Of a stretch of 10,025 bases of DNA, positions 6,590-10,025 are shown in pieces; position 1 is the stretch's first letter; every line of letters begins with the position of its first letter. The notes beneath the pieces are model-generated. The model made no database searches. It was not told the origin of the DNA and saw nothing but the letters and a program-made list of their open reading frames with translations. This stretch comes from Octopus sinensis (taxonomy: Eukaryota). Position numbers and translations under genes: made by a program. Where the stretch lies: positions 1 through 10,025 of the forward strand of contig NW_021827649.1 of NCBI RefSeq assembly GCF_006345805.1, in the 5' to 3' direction.

Positions 6590-6634
6590 GTATATAAAAT
6601 ATATATATAAATATATATATATAATATATATAAT

Positions 6635-6668
<34 letters not shown>

Positions 6669-6940
6669 ATATATATATTATATATATTTATGTATGTATG
6701 TATATGTATATGTTATATGTATGTATCTGTTATGGTGTGGAATGTGTTCAATGTGTGTTTGTCTTGTGTGTGTGAGTATAGTTTAAGTGTGTGTGTACGT
6801 GTATGTATATATATATGTATATATATATATATAATATATACGGAATCATACGCCGCGCACACAAACACTTACATATATATATGTGTATGTTTTATATATA
6901 TATATACATATTTATATATATATATATATATATACATATT

Positions 6941-6975
<35 letters not shown>

Positions 6976-7005
6976 TTTATATATATATATATATATAAAT
7001 ATACG
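6590..7005. repeat. Large imperfect (TA)n/(TG)n low-complexity tract
   Basis: Seen directly in the sequence. Confidence 0.92.
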
Positions 7006-7021
7006 CGTTTGTGAGAGACAG

Positions 7022-7086
<65 letters not shown>
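7022..7086. repeat. (GATA)n microsatellite
   Basis: Seen directly in the sequence. Confidence 0.98.
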
Positions 7087-7088
<2 letters not shown>

Positions 7089-7849
7089 GACTGAACGTGT
7101 GCGTTTATACTAATTTAAAGGAGGAAATGGGAATTATTCGAAAGAAAACTATTATTATGTTTTTTATTGCGTCAATATAATATCGTAGAATGTATGTATG
7201 AGGTAACAATCGAAACCAACGGTAATAGAATATATTAATGGCGTAAAAACGTAGAAAATAGTTACGTAGAAGATACTTCAAATAAAGAAAGAGGTCTCCA
7301 TAACATTCCAGGCGAAAACAACGCAACGATATAAATACGAAAAATGAAGGACAAAAGTTGCGAATTACGAATATATCCTTTGTAAGATAAATGTGAACAT
7401 GGACCACGGCAACTAAAAGTGAATAGGCGTATTACTATTAAATCATATTAAGGGGCTGGGTAACGATTCTTATAAAAGCAACGTATTGAATGTAGAAAGT
7501 ATGGGTGTAGGATTGAGGTTGAACAGGGAATAGTCAATAAGTGAGATTATGTAAAGTTACGCGTACAATAGGGAGAACTTGGGTGTGATATAAGAATTGA
7601 TGAATTATTCTGGAAAAAATCAATGACGTAAGTAATATTACTGAGATGATCCTAATTGGAGGTTTAACAGTAATTGTTTGGAGGTTAACTTGAACTTGGG
7701 TGGGTGCTAAGGTTCCATAAGAAACAAATGGTTATGTTTTAGAAATAGATGTGTATGCACTCAATGTCTCTTTAGAATCAGTTACACAAAAACTGCGCTT
7801 TTCTGAATGACACGTCTACTTTCGTGAGAAAAATACCGTTTGTTAAAGA

Positions 7850-7943
7850 TATACTATATATATATATATATATATAGTATATATATTATATATATAGATA
7901 TCTATATATATATATAAATGTATATACATCATATATATATTAT

Positions 7944-8006
<63 letters not shown>

Positions 8007-8065
8007 ATATATATATATAGATCAATGTATATACATACATATAGATATATACATATATATATATA

Positions 8066-8098
<33 letters not shown>

Positions 8099-8105
8099 AT
8101 ATATT
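7850..8105. repeat. Imperfect (TA)n tract
   Basis: Seen directly in the sequence. Confidence 0.95.
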
Positions 8106-8240
8106 CAAAGAATAATTACAAATATATCATATTACACAGTAATTTTCTGTCAGGAGATTTCTAAATTTCTTTGGATTAATTCTGCATATTTTGAGAATGA
8201 TTCCCTGAATAATTCCCACTCGGTATCGGTTATTACTCGT

Positions 8241-8600
8241 TTATTACTTCCGCCTTAGCCAAGGCGGAGTATTGTTTTCAGTCGTGATTCTTTGTTTGTT
8301 TGTCTGTAGACAAGATATCTCAAGAACCGCTAGATAGATCCGGATGAAATTTTCAGAGATGTTTGGCCTCATGGCTGGCACGAACGGTCTAGATTTTGGG
8401 ATCTGTTTTTTTTATTTTTTATTAAGGACTGTAAAGCCGAATCTCGAACCACTGAGTCATGGACGTTCACATATAGTTAAAAATCCAATTACACTAAATA
8501 TAGATTCTTGTTTTTTTTTGTTATAAAATCCTTGGAACTATAAAACCGATTTATCCGTTTCCATCTTACGTAAGTAACTATGGTGACAAAACTATCATGG
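8241..8600 (+). mobile_element. Probable Helentron-associated (HINE/DINE-1-like) non-autonomous element; 3' boundary uncertain
   Basis: Starts in a T-rich context with a subterminal inverted repeat TACT(T)CCGCC...GGCGGAGTA (8245-8271). A (GTTT/GTCT)n tract and ATATCTCAAGAAC...GATCCGGATGAAATTTTC follow, which is the layout typical of HINE/DINE-1 5' ends. Confidence 0.55.
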
Positions 8601-8696
8601 GCGGGACGCAGTTCTGATGCAGGGCTAAATACCAGCAATGCTGAAAAGAGAACAAATCGATAACAGCGATTTCAGTATTTTATTATTTGAACATTA

Positions 8697-8809
8697 TTTT
8701 ATCGACCTCGAAATGTGACCTCGGCGGGGTTTGAACTCGAACATGAAAGAGCCGGATGACATGCTGGTAACTTTTTTCCAAGATGATAACGATTTTCCCA
8801 GATCACCGC
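8697..8809 (-). mobile_element. Degenerate, internally deleted family A SINE
   Basis: Minus strand: GCGGTGATCTGGGAAAATCGTTATC...GAGTTCAAACCCCGCCGAGGTC...GAGGTCGATAAAAATAA. Confidence 0.75.
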
Positions 8810-8853
8810 GTGAATGTAGTACATTTCTTCTTGATATTTCACAGTTCTCTAAA

Positions 8854-9193
8854 GCGGTGATTTAGCAGAATCGTTAGAGCGCCGGTGATAATGCATAGCG
8901 GCATTTCGACAGTCTTTAACGTTGTGAGTTCAAATTCCGCCGAGGTCGACTTTGCCTTTCATCCGTTCAGGGTCGATTAAATAAGTACAAGTTACGCACT
9001 GGGGTCGATATAATCGACTTAATGTGTTTGTCTGTCCTTGTTTGCCCCCCCTCTGTGTTTAGCCCCTGGTGGGTAGTAAAGGAATACGTAATAATAAATA
9101 GCGGCATTTCGACGGTCTTTGGTTTCTGAGTTTAAATTCCTCAGATACTGACTTTGCTTTTCACGCTACTGGAATCGATAAAATCATTACTAG
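8854..9193 (+). mobile_element. Family A SINE: full unit 8854-~9086 plus a 5'-truncated tandem second unit ~9099-9193
   Basis: Head GCGGTGATTTAGCAGAATCGTTAG, B box GAGTTCAAATTCC (8926-8938), central segment GCCTTTCATCCGTTCAGGGTCGATTAAATAAGTAC, restart at TAGCGGCATTTCGAC. Confidence 0.9.
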
Positions 9194-9197
9194 TATT

Positions 9198-9210
9198 ACA
9201 TATATATATG

Positions 9211-9241
<31 letters not shown>

Positions 9242-9255
9242 TATTATATATAATT
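9198..9255. repeat. (TA)n microsatellite
   Basis: Seen directly in the sequence. Confidence 0.95.
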
Positions 9256-9594
9256 ATTGACCTACCAAATTTCCCAAATCAGCAATGCTATCAAGGTTTA
9301 ATTCGTGTTTTTATTTTGCAAATTCTGCCAAAAAATGTAATCTTTACTTATTGTAATCGTTAAAAATAAAATTAATGTAAATAGGATAAGTTTATTTACT
9401 TATTTATTTATTTATTCATTATTTATATAATCGTCCTACCCCACCCAGGAATTGCGGGACTGGCACCAAAGCCAGAAACCAATATTTTATAGCCTGCTAT
9501 TGACGTATAAGATTTTTTTAAATAGCTACTTAATGCAAAAACCATATGAGAAATATAACAAAAACAGGATTAAGTTCAACCACATTGAGGTAAG

Positions 9595-9740
9595 AAGGGG
9601 TTTCTACAATATCGATCTAAATACTTGACAGGTACTTTATCTATGCCAAGGGCGAGACTTGAACTCGGTACGTGAAGCACAGGAAGAAACAGCTCAAAGC
9701 ATTTTGTCTGACATAGTAGAGATTTTGCCAGCTCATTGTC
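9595..9740 (-). mobile_element. Old, diverged family A-related SINE
   Basis: Minus strand: GACAATGAGCTGGCAAAATCTCTAC...GACAAAATGCTT...CGAGTTCAAGTCTCGCC...GATAAAGTACCTGTCAAGTATTTAGATCGAT. Confidence 0.65.
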
Positions 9741-10025
9741 TGAATGTACTGCTTCTCTTTCTAATATTTTATGACCTGTTAGGGAATAAAAAAAAACATA
9801 AAAATATAGGCAAAATCTCGAAAATAGCTAAAAATTACAAAAAACAATCGCAAAAAAATTGAGGCAATTTTCTTCCATTTAACCTAATTCGTCAGTTTCT
9901 GTACGGGTTAGTCTTTAGCTTCCGGCGATATTTTACGTTCAAAGACTTGGCCAATATTTGACAGTTTGCTGTTTCCTTCGGAGAAAGAAATATAAGGAAA
10001 ACACGTAGAAATATCAAGAAAATAT

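Noticed and set aside
7565-7625. RENLGVI resembling the LINE reverse transcriptase motif KDLGV
   Set aside because: It is flanked by stops and has no extended similarity; too short to support.
148-9862. Most ORFs in the six-frame track (poly-YI, poly-L, poly-M/H/I, LSIY repeats)
   Set aside because: They are translations of microsatellites, SINEs or Helitron sequence, many with non-ATG starts and no recognisable domains.
9865-9900. Minus-strand CTGACGA
   Set aside because: No stem II closes onto a GAAA.
1-10025. CRISPR array or prokaryotic system
   Set aside because: No regularly spaced repeat-spacer units and no gene-dense coding structure. The window is eukaryotic repeat-rich DNA.

Overview
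This is a very AT-rich, microsatellite-dense eukaryotic non-coding window (intronic or intergenic) with no confidently supported protein-coding gene. Most supplied ORFs are translations of simple repeats. The SINE families and repeat landscape look cephalopod, probably Octopus; that is my recognition of the repeats, not a database result. It contains several tRNA-derived SINE families, two copies of a non-autonomous Helitron, a probable Helentron/DINE-1-like element, a 33-bp near-perfect hairpin and one weak candidate exon. The most notable signal is five type I hammerhead-ribozyme (HHR)-like motifs from three unrelated sequence contexts. One context is a composite element present twice plus an inverted tail copy: a Pol III tRNA-like head, an expandable trinucleotide microsatellite, then an HHR-bearing tail. 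The other two are ~170-220 bp single HHR units sitting inside (TA)n tracts. Together they suggest Penelope-like/retrozyme-type non-autonomous retroelements. All alignments and folds were done by eye, and no ribozyme activity is demonstrated.
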